Of a DNA stretch of 13,784 nucleotides, positions 1 through 8,881 are shown piece after piece (position 1 is the stretch's first letter; each line of letters opens with the position of its first letter). The stretch spans positions 1 to 13,784 of the forward strand of contig JARRQT010000068.1 of the NCBI GenBank assembly GCA_037381445.1. The letters are read 5' to 3'. Source of the stretch: Calditrichia bacterium (GTDB lineage Bacteria; Calditrichota; Calditrichia; RBG-13-44-9). The position numbers and the translations under genes are program-made. A model generated the notes under the pieces. That model had not been told where the DNA came from. It saw only the letters and a list, made by a program, of their open reading frames with translations, and searched no databases.

Positions 1-2
1 GG

Positions 3-362
3 GGAAATTTTCTCGCCGGAAAATTTAAGGTCGCATTTATTCCATCACACGAAGTTGACGAATCAAAAATTGAGGTCGGTGCCGTCATTCAAACCACACC
101 GGTGGGCATGTATCCCAATCCCGCCGAGCTGCCTGCGGGAACGGAACTGCTGAGGGAAGGAATGGTGGCGTTGGACGTTGTGTACAATCCGCCGCTGACC
201 CGCTTTCTGGAAAAGGCGCAAAAGACGGGCTGCACCATCTTCCCGGGTGAAGAGATGTTCATCAGGCAGGCGGCAAAACAGTTCGAACTCTTCAGCGGAC
301 TGCCGATTTCCGTGAAGGAAGTCCGGGCTGCCTGGGAAAAGATACGCAAATACGGGGAGTGA
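3..362 (+). CDS. aroE: Shikimate dehydrogenase, C-terminal part (5'-truncated by window edge; possibly the end of an AroD-AroE fusion)
   Basis: The frame of ORF 102..362 is open back to nt 3 (GNFLAGKFKVAFIPSHEVDESKIEVGAVIQTTPVGMYP...). It has the SDH C-terminal motifs (N/Q)TTPVGM, DVVYNP and GxEMFxRQAxxQFELFSG, and lies directly upstream of shikimate kinase. Confidence 0.9.
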   Translation, partial: GNFLAGKFKVAFIPSHEVDESKIEVGAVIQTTPVGMYPNPAELPAGTELLREGMVALDVVYNPPLTRFLEKAQKTGCTIFPGEEMFIRQAAKQFELFSGLPISVKEVRAAWEKIRKYGE

Positions 363-369
363 ATTCAGC

Positions 370-915
370 GTGCCCGGAATCAATAAAAAAAGTAATCCGC
401 ATGCCGCCAGGCCGGTAATACTGATTGGGTTTCGCGGAACAGGAAAAACCGCGATCGGTAAAAGATTGGCTGAACGATTGAGGCTGAAATATATTTCTAC
501 AGACGAAATGATTGAGCAAAGAACGGGAATGATGATCCGGGATTTTGTTGAACAGAACGGCTGGGATAAATTCAGAGACATTGAGAGAACAGCGATTGAG
601 GAAGTGACGGATATCCTGGGAGCCGTGATCGATTGCGGCGGCGGGGTGATCGAGGACGCCCAAAATATGGAACGGCTCTGGGAGCGGGGAATTGTGGTCT
701 GGGTCGATGCTGAGGTCGAGGACATTCTGGCCCGCCTTTCCCGTGCCGCAGACAGGCCCCTGCTAAATCAGGCTGATCTGAAAACAGATGTGGAAAGAAA
801 TTATGCCAGGCGCCTGCCGTTGTATCGCCGCTATGCGCAAATTCAGGTGAACAGCTCCCGGGAGTCTGTAGATGAAATTTGCGACCGGATTATTGTTGAG
901 CTGGAAAACATGTGA
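370..915 (+). CDS. aroK: Shikimate kinase (AroK/AroL family)
   Basis: 181 aa. P-loop LIGFRGTGKT, shikimate-binding STDEMIE and FRDIE, CGGGV motif, lid RPLL and C-terminal RxPLY. GTG start 7 nt after the aroE stop; exact start uncertain. Confidence 0.93.
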   Translation: MPGINKKSNPHAARPVILIGFRGTGKTAIGKRLAERLRLKYISTDEMIEQRTGMMIRDFVEQNGWDKFRDIERTAIEEVTDILGAVIDCGGGVIEDAQNMERLWERGIVVWVDAEVEDILARLSRAADRPLLNQADLKTDVERNYARRLPLYRRYAQIQVNSSRESVDEICDRIIVELENM

Positions 916-954
916 TGCAAAATAGAAGCTGTATGAGGAATGAGCTTCTGGTGC

Positions 955-1003
955 AAAAATGAGAGCGGGCAGCCCTGCAGCGGCCGAATGCGGTCTCATT
1001 TTT
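955..1003. terminator. Possible terminator or RNA stem between aroK and menG
   Basis: Perfect 10-bp inverted repeat AAAAATGAGA (955-964) / TCTCATTTTT (994-1003) around a 29-nt GC-rich interior, ending in a T run on both strands. The loop is large for a canonical terminator. Confidence 0.35.
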
Positions 1004-1113
1004 AAAAAGCGTTGATGCACGGGGATTCATTCCATAAATTTTGGCGTTTTGCATGATTCTCTGACAAAACCAGTTTGCGTTAAATTCAACAATGCAGTGA
1101 AATTGATACCATC

Positions 1114-1878
1114 ATGATAGAAAATAATGAAATCGATGTCAAAGAGAACGCCGCGGAGCCTGTTTCTGAAGCGGCTTCTCCTACCCGGCGCGAGGTCTGG
1201 CGCATGTTTGACCGGATCGCGCAGCGCTATGATCTGCTGAACCGCCTGCTGTCTCTGCGGCAGGATGTGGCATGGCGCAATAAATTGGCCGAAAATCTCA
1301 CGGATGTGCGTGATCAAAAGATACTCGATCTTGCCACGGGAACCGCCGATGTGCTGCTCTCGCTCTTTCATCAAACCGACAAGGCCGATGCGGCGGCAGG
1401 CATTGATATGTCTGACCGTATGCTGCGGATTGGCCGGGAGAAAATCCAAAAGAACGGGCTTTCCCATGCCATTGCTCTGTTTCCGGGGGACGCCATGCAT
1501 ATTCCTTTCAGAAACAACAGCTTTGATGCGGTTACCATCGCGTTCGGCATAAGAAATGTGCTGGACGTAAACCGCTCGCTCCGGGAAATGTACCGCACGC
1601 TCAAACCGGGCGGTCGGGTTCTGATTCTCGAGTTTTCATTGCCGGCCAACAGGCTGATCCGGCAGCTTTATCTGTTTTATTTCCGAAACATTCTGCCCCG
1701 GATTGGAGGAGTTATCTCCGGTGACAGTTACGCCTACCGCTATCTGAACCGGACCGTGGAGACCTTCCCGTACGGCGAAGCATTTTGCGAATTATTACGG
1801 GATGCCGGATTTCAGAATGTGCGGACAATCCCGCTGACCTTCGGGATCGCGAGCATTTACCGCGGGAACAAGCGCTGA
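1114..1878 (+). CDS. menG: Demethylmenaquinone methyltransferase (MenG/UbiE)
   Basis: 254 aa. MFDRIAQRYDLLNRLLS, SAM-binding motif ILDLATGTAD, GDAMHIPF, FDAVTIAFGIRNV, LKPGGRVLILEFS and AYRYL. First gene of the men cluster. Confidence 0.95.
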   Translation: MIENNEIDVKENAAEPVSEAASPTRREVWRMFDRIAQRYDLLNRLLSLRQDVAWRNKLAENLTDVRDQKILDLATGTADVLLSLFHQTDKADAAAGIDMSDRMLRIGREKIQKNGLSHAIALFPGDAMHIPFRNNSFDAVTIAFGIRNVLDVNRSLREMYRTLKPGGRVLILEFSLPANRLIRQLYLFYFRNILPRIGGVISGDSYAYRYLNRTVETFPYGEAFCELLRDAGFQNVRTIPLTFGIASIYRGNKR

Positions 1879-1955
1879 AATCAGCAGTTTTTGGATTTGC
1901 AATTTCGATCAGATTTTTGCGGAATTTCACATAAGATTTTGGAAAGGCCCGAATT

Positions 1956-3338
1956 GTGCAGACAGTAGAACAGGCCAGAGAAAGTTTAAAATATAAATTG
2001 GGTCAAATCTGGGAGCAGCCGCGCCCATCACTCTCTGATTCTTACGGGGCAGGCATCCGACGGCTGGAAATCCCTTTTCCAAAAACAGACCTGCTCACCT
2101 GGCTGGAAAATCAGCCTCAGCCGCGAAAACTTTACTGGGCGGACAGAACGCGCAAGCAAAAGGCAGCCGGTGTCGGAGTCGCCTTCGAGATGAGTGAACA
2201 GATCGCGGATTCAATAATTCCATTCTTTGACAGAATTAATTCATCATTGCAAAGTTCACACCCCGGCATCCGGTATTTCGGTGGAATCCGTTTCAATCCC
2301 TCCCTGCCTGCCTCGGAAAAATGGGAAGTTTTCAATGCCCTCCGCTTCTGGGTACCGCGCTTTGAGCTGTCCGAAGTGAATGACCGGACCATTTTTGCCA
2401 TAAATTTCATGGTGCCGCAAAACGGGCAAATGGAAAACGAAAAAGCACTTTTGGACAAAGAAATAGATCAAATCCGATTTGGGGATACGCGGGAGGTTCC
2501 CGGGAATATTCGGGTCATTGAAAAATTTGACATTCCCGTATTCAGGAACTGGGAAGAGAATGTGCATGCTTCCCTGGAAATGTTCAGAAGGGATGAGCTG
2601 CAGAAGATAGTGCTGGCGCGGGAAAGCTGCCTGACCCTGAGCCGCAGGCTGTCTCCGGTCAGCCTGATGAAAAAAATTGCCGCTCAAAATGGCGGGGCCT
2701 ACAATTTTCTCTTTCAGTTTGCCGATGAAATTGCTTTCCTGGGCATTACCCCTGAGCAGCTTTACCGGCGGGAGAGATCAAATATCTTCAGTGAGGCGGT
2801 GGCGGGGACCCGGAGAAGGGGGAAGAATGAGCGTGAGGATGTCCGCCTGGGCAGGGAATTGCTGAACAGCGAAAAGGATGTCAGGGAGCATCGCTGGGTG
2901 TCTGAAATGGTAAAGGAGACCCTGCAGGAACTTTGCGGGAAAACCGATGCGGTGTCTGCAGAGCAGCTGTTGAAGTTGTCAAATGTCCAGCACCTGCGGA
3001 CGCTCTTCAGGGGTGAGCTGAAGGAAAATGTTGCCGAAGGAAAGATTCTGAAGACCTTTCATCCCACGCCGGCGGTGTGCGGCAGTCCGCGAAACCGGGC
3101 GCTCAAAAAGATAAGCGAGCTGGAACGGTTCGACCGCGGTTGGTATGCCGGTCCGGTGGGCTGGGTGGGACGAAATGCCTCGGAATTTGCAGTGGCGATC
3201 CGTTCGGCTTTAATTTCGGGGAATAAACTGTCCGTTTATGCCGGCGCGGGGATTGTAACCGGTTCCGAACCGGAAGCCGAATGGCAGGAACTGGAGGATA
3301 AAATCCTGAACTTCACCAATTTATTTGACAAACGATGA
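1956..3338 (+). CDS. menF: Isochorismate synthase, menaquinone-specific
   Basis: 460 aa. MST-family motifs KIVLAR (catalytic Lys), TPEQL, AVAGT, KDVREH, NVQHL, HPTPAVCGSP, FDRGWYAGPVGW, EFAVAIRS and YAGAGIV..S.PEAEWQE..DK. GTG start preceded by GGAAAGG. Stop overlaps the menD start (ATGA 3335-3338). Confidence 0.95.
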   Translation: MQTVEQARESLKYKLGQIWEQPRPSLSDSYGAGIRRLEIPFPKTDLLTWLENQPQPRKLYWADRTRKQKAAGVGVAFEMSEQIADSIIPFFDRINSSLQSSHPGIRYFGGIRFNPSLPASEKWEVFNALRFWVPRFELSEVNDRTIFAINFMVPQNGQMENEKALLDKEIDQIRFGDTREVPGNIRVIEKFDIPVFRNWEENVHASLEMFRRDELQKIVLARESCLTLSRRLSPVSLMKKIAAQNGGAYNFLFQFADEIAFLGITPEQLYRRERSNIFSEAVAGTRRRGKNEREDVRLGRELLNSEKDVREHRWVSEMVKETLQELCGKTDAVSAEQLLKLSNVQHLRTLFRGELKENVAEGKILKTFHPTPAVCGSPRNRALKKISELERFDRGWYAGPVGWVGRNASEFAVAIRSALISGNKLSVYAGAGIVTGSEPEAEWQELEDKILNFTNLFDKR

Positions 3339-5095
3339 GTATCTACACCGAGAATATAAATATCCTGTGGGGCAGCCTGCTGGTGGAAGAGCTGGCGCGC
3401 AATGAAATTACCTATTTTTGTCTTTCCCCCGGCTCCCGCTCCACGCCATTGACGGTTGCCGTAGCGCGAAATGAGAGCGTGCAGCACATTATCTGTTATG
3501 ATGAGCGGGCGGCGGCTTTTCATGCCCTGGGATATGCAAGGGCTACCGGGAAACCGGCCGTCCTGATTTCCACCTCCGGGACAGCGGTCGCCAATTATCT
3601 GCCGGCGGTGATTGAAGCATCGGTGGATGCCATTCCCATGCTGGTTCTCAGTGCGGACCGTCCGCCGGAACTGCGGGAAACCGGCGCTAACCAGACCATC
3701 CGCCAGCCGGAAATTTATGGCGATTATGTTCGCTGGCATTTTGATTTGCCATGTCCGGACACTAAAATACCGCCCTCGATGGTGCTGACAACAGCCGATC
3801 AGGCCGTGCACAGAGCGCGGCGCTCGCCGGCCGGACCGGTCCACCTGAATTGCATGTTTCGCGAACCTCTCGCACCGGTCAGCGTAAAAGTCCCGCAGGA
3901 GTATTTGGAGCCGCTGGAAGGCTGGAGAAATTCGCAACGTCCCTATACAATTTATTCAAAAACGATTACTTTGCCGGAGCCGGAATCATTCCGGGAGATA
4001 GCAGATGTTATCCGGCAGGCCGAAAGGGGATTGCTGGTTGCCGCAGCTTTGCGCTTCCGTGAGGAGCGGGAGGCGGTGAGGCATCTGGCGCGGATGCTGA
4101 AGTGGCCGGTTTTTCCGGACATCCTGTCCGGTTTGCGATTTGACGGTTCATTAAAGAATGCAGCGCATTATTTCGACCAGTTGCTGCTCTCCGGCAAAAT
4201 GATGAGGAGAATCCGTCCGGATGTTATTCTGCACATCGGCGGACGATTGACCTCCAAGCGCTTTCTTCAGTTTATTGGGGAACAAGCGGGATGTGACTAT
4301 CTGCTGGCTGCCGATCAGCCGTTCCGGCAGGATCCGGAACATAAAGTGACCATGCGGATTGATTCAAATATTGAAAAGTTTTGCCGGCAATTGGAAAGCG
4401 AACTGGCAGGCAGTCCGCTTCCTGAACCCGAAAGCTTTGTTCCGGAAAAATCCCGCCGGATAGCCGAAATTATTGAAAAATTTGTCATGAAGAGCGATAA
4501 GCTCAGCGAGCCGGCCGTTACCAGGATCATTTCCCGGGACATTCCGTCCGATCAGGCCCTTTTTCTGGCCAGCAGTATGCCCGTCCGGGAAATGGATATG
4601 TACGGAGACGCGGGAAATTCATTCATCCCGGTTGCCGCGAACCGGGGCGCCAGCGGAATTGACGGCACCATTTCAACTGCGGCGGGATTTGCCGCCGGTC
4701 AGCGGAAGCCCGTTACGCTGCTTATCGGAGATCTGGCTTTTCTGCATGATCTGAATTCGCTCTCCCTTCTTCGAACGATTTCATTTCCGGTGATTATTGT
4801 GCTGGTTAACAATCGGGGCGGTGGGATTTTCTCTTTTCTTCCCATTTCACAATTCGACGATATTTTTGAAAAGTTCTTCGGAACGCCGCATGATTTTGAA
4901 CCGGGACGGGCAGCGGACCTTTTCGGTCTGGAATATCATCTTGCCGGTTCATTGCAGGATTTCCGGGAAATTTACCGGAGAGCTGTAAAGGAACAAAAAT
5001 CAGCAGTCATCGAGATCCGTACAGATCGCAATGAAAATCTGATGCTTCACAAAGAGCTGCAGGCAAAAATTAAAGAAGCACTCGAGTCGGAATAA
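3335..5095 (+). CDS. menD: SEPHCHC synthase (ThDP-dependent)
   Basis: 586 aa. SPGSRSTPL, DERAAAFHALG, TSGTAVAN, ADRPPEL..TGANQTI, GPVHLNCMFREPL, NRGASGIDG and ThDP motif GDLAFLHD...NNRGGGIF. Confidence 0.97.
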   Translation: MSIYTENINILWGSLLVEELARNEITYFCLSPGSRSTPLTVAVARNESVQHIICYDERAAAFHALGYARATGKPAVLISTSGTAVANYLPAVIEASVDAIPMLVLSADRPPELRETGANQTIRQPEIYGDYVRWHFDLPCPDTKIPPSMVLTTADQAVHRARRSPAGPVHLNCMFREPLAPVSVKVPQEYLEPLEGWRNSQRPYTIYSKTITLPEPESFREIADVIRQAERGLLVAAALRFREEREAVRHLARMLKWPVFPDILSGLRFDGSLKNAAHYFDQLLLSGKMMRRIRPDVILHIGGRLTSKRFLQFIGEQAGCDYLLAADQPFRQDPEHKVTMRIDSNIEKFCRQLESELAGSPLPEPESFVPEKSRRIAEIIEKFVMKSDKLSEPAVTRIISRDIPSDQALFLASSMPVREMDMYGDAGNSFIPVAANRGASGIDGTISTAAGFAAGQRKPVTLLIGDLAFLHDLNSLSLLRTISFPVIIVLVNNRGGGIFSFLPISQFDDIFEKFFGTPHDFEPGRAADLFGLEYHLAGSLQDFREIYRRAVKEQKSAVIEIRTDRNENLMLHKELQAKIKEALESE

Positions 5096-5105
5096 AAGGG
5101 CGATT

Positions 5106-5936
5106 ATGGGGGCAGAAGCGCTCCATTTTGAAATTTTGGGAAATCCGGGAAGACCTGACATTCTGTTTCTTCATGGTTTTATGGGAAATGGCAGCGACTG
5201 GCAGGAGGTCTGCTCTCATCTGGTCCCCGATTTCAGATGCATCGTGGTGGATTTGCCCGGCCACGGACGAAGCGCGGACATCACAAATTCCGAAAATTAT
5301 TCCATGCCGGAGACCGCCCGATCTGTTGCGGCAGTGCTGGATCAAATTCAGATTCGGAAAAGCGCGCTGGTCGGATATTCCATGGGGGGGAGACTGGGCC
5401 TTTATCTTGCCCTGCACTTTGTTGAGCGATTCAATGCAGTAATCCTGGAATCTGCTTCGCCCGGTCTGCTGTCGTTGAAGGAAAGGGAAGCCCGCATCAA
5501 ACAGGACGATTCGCTGGCTGGAGAAATTGAGCAGGCGGATTTTCGCGAATTTCTGGAACGCTGGTATGCGATGCCGTTATTCCGGAGCCTGAGACAGCAT
5601 GCGGATTTCCGGAAGCTGCTTATCCGCCGGCTGAATAATCATCCGGCAGGTCTTGCCCGTTCTTTGCGGTACATGGGAACCGGCAAGCAACCATCACTGT
5701 GGCCGGAATTACACAAAAACAGGCTTCCCCTCCTCATGCTGGTGGGGGAACTCGATGATAAATTCAAACGTATTGGGTTGCAGATGCAGCAAATTTGCCC
5801 CATCAGCAGGCTGGAAATCGTGCATGGTTGTGGGCACAATATTCATTTTGAAAAACCGGATGTTTTTGCGGCAAAAATCAGAAAATTTTTAATAGAAACG
5901 GAGGAGAACGGGCATGAGCAGCGTGAATTGGATTGA
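5106..5936 (+). CDS. menH: SHCHC synthase (alpha/beta hydrolase)
   Basis: 276 aa. LHGFMG, DLPGHG, nucleophile elbow GYSMGGR, ESASPGL, FLERWY, GELDDKF (Asp) and GHNIHFE (His). Located between menD and menB. Confidence 0.94.
   Translation: MGAEALHFEILGNPGRPDILFLHGFMGNGSDWQEVCSHLVPDFRCIVVDLPGHGRSADITNSENYSMPETARSVAAVLDQIQIRKSALVGYSMGGRLGLYLALHFVERFNAVILESASPGLLSLKEREARIKQDDSLAGEIEQADFREFLERWYAMPLFRSLRQHADFRKLLIRRLNNHPAGLARSLRYMGTGKQPSLWPELHKNRLPLLMLVGELDDKFKRIGLQMQQICPISRLEIVHGCGHNIHFEKPDVFAAKIRKFLIETEENGHEQRELD
5900..5906 (+). promoter_or_regulatory. Shine-Dalgarno sequence of menB, inside the 3' end of menH
   Basis: GGAGGAG 7 nt upstream of ATG 5914. menH and menB overlap by 23 nt. Confidence 0.75.
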
Positions 5937-6735
5937 AGCGGGAAATTTTACGGATATCAAATATCACAAGGCGGAAGGAATCGCCAAAATCACCATCAAC
6001 CGGCCCGAAGTGCGAAATGCGTTCCGTCCACTCACCGTGATGGAAATGTCGCAGGCGCTCGGCGATGCCCATGAAGATTCTGAAATCGGCGTTATCATTC
6101 TTACCGGGGAAGGGGAGAAGGCCTTTTGTTCGGGAGGTGACCAAAAAGTGCGCGGAGACTCCGGTTACAAGGATGAGAAGGGAGTGAAGCGCCTCAATGT
6201 TCTCGATTTCCAGCGGCAGATCAGGACCTGTCCCAAACCGGTGATTGCCATGGTGGCTGGCTATGCCATTGGCGGCGGCCACGTTTTGCATGTCATGTGC
6301 GATTTGACACTTGCTGCCGACAATGCTGTTTTCGGGCAGACGGGCCCCAAAGTCGGCTCCTTTGACGGCGGATACGGCGCCAGCTATCTGGCCAGAATGG
6401 TGGGACAGAAAAAAGCCCGGGAAATCTGGTTTCTGTGCCGCCAGTACAATGCGCAGCAGGCCCTGGAGATGGGTATGGTAAACGCGGTTGTGCCGCTCGA
6501 AAAGCTGGAAGAAGAGACCGTGCAGTGGTGCCGGGAAATCCTGGGCAATTCGCCCACAGCCATTCGCTGCCTCAAGGCCGCCCTGAATGCGGATTGTGAC
6601 GGCCAGGCCGGACTGCAGGAGCTGGCGGGCTGTGCCACCATGTTGTTTTACATGTCCGATGAAGCACAGGAGGGCCGCGACGCCTTCGTGCAGAAACGAA
6701 AGCCTGATTTTACAAAATTCAAGCGTCAGCCCTGA
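5914..6735 (+). CDS. menB: 1,4-dihydroxy-2-naphthoyl-CoA synthase (type I)
   Basis: 273 aa crotonase fold. [49 protein letters not shown] and QEGRDAF..KRKPDF. Confidence 0.98.
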   Translation: MSSVNWIEAGNFTDIKYHKAEGIAKITINRPEVRNAFRPLTVMEMSQALGDAHEDSEIGVIILTGEGEKAFCSGGDQKVRGDSGYKDEKGVKRLNVLDFQRQIRTCPKPVIAMVAGYAIGGGHVLHVMCDLTLAADNAVFGQTGPKVGSFDGGYGASYLARMVGQKKAREIWFLCRQYNAQQALEMGMVNAVVPLEKLEEETVQWCREILGNSPTAIRCLKAALNADCDGQAGLQELAGCATMLFYMSDEAQEGRDAFVQKRKPDFTKFKRQP

Positions 6736-6821
6736 TGATGTTTTATATTTCTTTTGATTTTAATATCTTATAGTGAAACAGATTGCGGCAGGCTGAAAAT
6801 CATCATACGAATTGATCGGGA

Positions 6822-7736
6822 GTGTCGGAGAAAAACAGAGGCGGACCGGGAATGATATTTTCAAATTACAGGGTTTGGATTCTGGCAAGCAGGCCCAAGA
6901 CACTATGGGCGGCGCTGGCGCCGGTGATAATCGGAACTGCTATGGCTTTTGATCACGGGAAAGCCCACTGGCTTTCCGCGGTGCTGGCTGCGCTGGCAGC
7001 GGTTATGATCCAGATCGGCACCAATTTCGCCAATGATTATTTCGATCATCTGCACGGCGCCGATCATGCGGAACGGCTGGGTCCGCTGCGCGCCACGCAG
7101 GCCGGTCTGGTCAAACCGGGCGCCATGCGGGCGGCCTTCATCACCGCCTTTTCCCTCGCTTTTCTGGCGGGTGTGTATCTTATCTGGCGGGGAGGATGGC
7201 CCATTCTGATCATCGGTTTGCTCTCCATATTATTCGGCATTCTCTATACCGGCGGACCCTATCCGCTGGGCTACCACGGGCTGGGCGACATATTTGTCCT
7301 CATCTTCTTCGGACTGGTCGCGGTTGGGGGAACATATTATGTGCAGACCCTGGAAATCAACAGAAATGTCCTGCTGGCCGGACTGGCGCCCGGTTTTTTC
7401 TCAACCGCTATTCTCACTGTAAACAACCTGCGCGATATTTATACGGATAAAGCGGCGGGCAAGAGAACACTGGCGGTCCGGTTTGGAGAGACTTTTGCCA
7501 GGCTTGAATATCTGTTGAGCATTTTCATCGCCTGTCTGGTACCGGTAATCTTATATTTTCTAACCCTGCGGCATCTCTACGCGCTGGCATCGGCGCTGGT
7601 ATTTTTTGCGGCATTGCCTTCCATTAAAATCACTTTCACCGAGCAGCCGGGTATTATTTTCAATAAAGTGCTGGCGGACACCGGAAAACTGCTTCTCATA
7701 TACAGTGTGCTCTTTTCGGTCGGCTGGCTGATATGA
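6822..7736 (+). CDS. menA: 1,4-dihydroxy-2-naphthoate polyprenyltransferase
   Basis: Multi-TM UbiA-family protein. RPKTL, NFANDYFD..GAD..RLGP, YTGGPYPLGY.GLGD and NNLRDI..D..AGKRTLAV. The true start may be in-frame ATG 6852 rather than GTG 6822. Stop overlaps the menC start (ATGA 7733-7736). Confidence 0.96.
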   Translation: MSEKNRGGPGMIFSNYRVWILASRPKTLWAALAPVIIGTAMAFDHGKAHWLSAVLAALAAVMIQIGTNFANDYFDHLHGADHAERLGPLRATQAGLVKPGAMRAAFITAFSLAFLAGVYLIWRGGWPILIIGLLSILFGILYTGGPYPLGYHGLGDIFVLIFFGLVAVGGTYYVQTLEINRNVLLAGLAPGFFSTAILTVNNLRDIYTDKAAGKRTLAVRFGETFARLEYLLSIFIACLVPVILYFLTLRHLYALASALVFFAALPSIKITFTEQPGIIFNKVLADTGKLLLIYSVLFSVGWLI

Positions 7737-8827
7737 AACTGCAGTCCCTTGAAATTTTCCGTTATGAATTACCTTTTATCGAACCCCTGAAAATGATGGG
7801 CGCCGAGCTGTGCACCCGCACAGGTTTGATCATTCGCATAACGGATGAGGAAGGCAATTGGGGGTTCGGCGAAATTGCACCCTTTCCGGGATTGAATAAG
7901 GAAAATCCCAAACAGGCGCTCCAGCAGTTACAGCGCTACAAAACCGCGCTGCTTGAAATTGTTTTCGGTGAGGATGTCCTTCTTTTGAGCGGGGAATTTG
8001 AGTGGCTGCTGAGCGGCTTCAATTTATATCCGTCTGTCCGCTGCGGCATCGAAATGGCTGTCCTCAATTGTTTTGCAAACAAGAGGAAATTGCCGCTGCG
8101 CCGGCTGATTTCCTCTACCCAAACCAATGATTTTCTTCACCTGAATGGCCTCTTGACCGGAACCCGGCATTCCATTGTTGCGGAAGCCCGGAAACTCAGG
8201 GATGAAGGATATCGTTCATTGAAAATCAAAACAGGCAGCGAGAAGCCGGATTCCGATATTGATCTTATCCGGGAAGTACGGCAGGCTGTTGGCCGGGATA
8301 TGGAGCTGCGGCTGGATGCAAACCGGGCCTGGAATCTGGAGGAAGCGGTATATATCGGCAGAAATATTTCACAATTCGGGATTGAATATATTGAGGAGCC
8401 GCTGAAAAAGGCGGAAAAACTGCCTGAATTTTATAAATCCGTGAATATCCCCTTTGCACTGGATGAATCTCTCTCCGGACTTGCGCCCGAGGATATTACG
8501 CTTTTGTCGGGACTGAAAGCATTGGTTCTAAAACCAATGTCATTGGGAGGATTTGAAATAACGATGGCCTATTGCCGGCAGGCCGCCAAAACAGGGATTT
8601 ACCCGGTCATCAGCTCGGTTTTTGAATCCGGGATCGGTCTGGGGGCATTGGCCTCCTTTGCCGCCGCTGCCGCTCCGTCAAAGATTGCCATGGGACTGGA
8701 TACCCATAAATGGCTGAGGAAAGATATCCTTCCAGAACCCTTTCCGGTGCGCTCCGGAAAAATCGATATGGGGAAAATCGATCAAAATGAATGGCAGGTT
8801 TGCACGGAAGATCTTATGCCGGCATAG
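7733..8827 (+). CDS. menC: o-succinylbenzoate synthase (enolase superfamily)
   Basis: 364 aa. GEIAPFPG, catalytic KIK, metal ligands LRLDANRAW / IEEP / LDES, second Lys in LKP, SSVFES and GLDT. Confidence 0.94.
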   Translation: MKLQSLEIFRYELPFIEPLKMMGAELCTRTGLIIRITDEEGNWGFGEIAPFPGLNKENPKQALQQLQRYKTALLEIVFGEDVLLLSGEFEWLLSGFNLYPSVRCGIEMAVLNCFANKRKLPLRRLISSTQTNDFLHLNGLLTGTRHSIVAEARKLRDEGYRSLKIKTGSEKPDSDIDLIREVRQAVGRDMELRLDANRAWNLEEAVYIGRNISQFGIEYIEEPLKKAEKLPEFYKSVNIPFALDESLSGLAPEDITLLSGLKALVLKPMSLGGFEITMAYCRQAAKTGIYPVISSVFESGIGLGALASFAAAAAPSKIAMGLDTHKWLRKDILPEPFPVRSGKIDMGKIDQNEWQVCTEDLMPA

Positions 8828-8881
8828 AGAGGACAACGGGGATTTTAAGGGCAAACCGGGCATTACACTGAGAATAAAATT

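Noticed and set aside
63..725. 220-aa minus-strand ORF and other antisense ORFs (e.g. 1027..1500, 3236..3937, 5878..6291)
   Set aside because: They are shadows of well-supported + strand genes, with no recognisable motifs.
927..937. AGCTGTATGAG shared between the aroK-menG spacer (927-937) and the right-hand spacer (13647-13657), both preceded by AAAAT
   Set aside because: A single 11-bp match within 13.8 kb is expected by chance. It has no symmetry and no third copy.
1041..1054. Possible sigma54 promoter (TGGC...TTGC) upstream of menG
   Set aside because: The GG-to-GC spacing is 6 nt rather than the required 10 nt.
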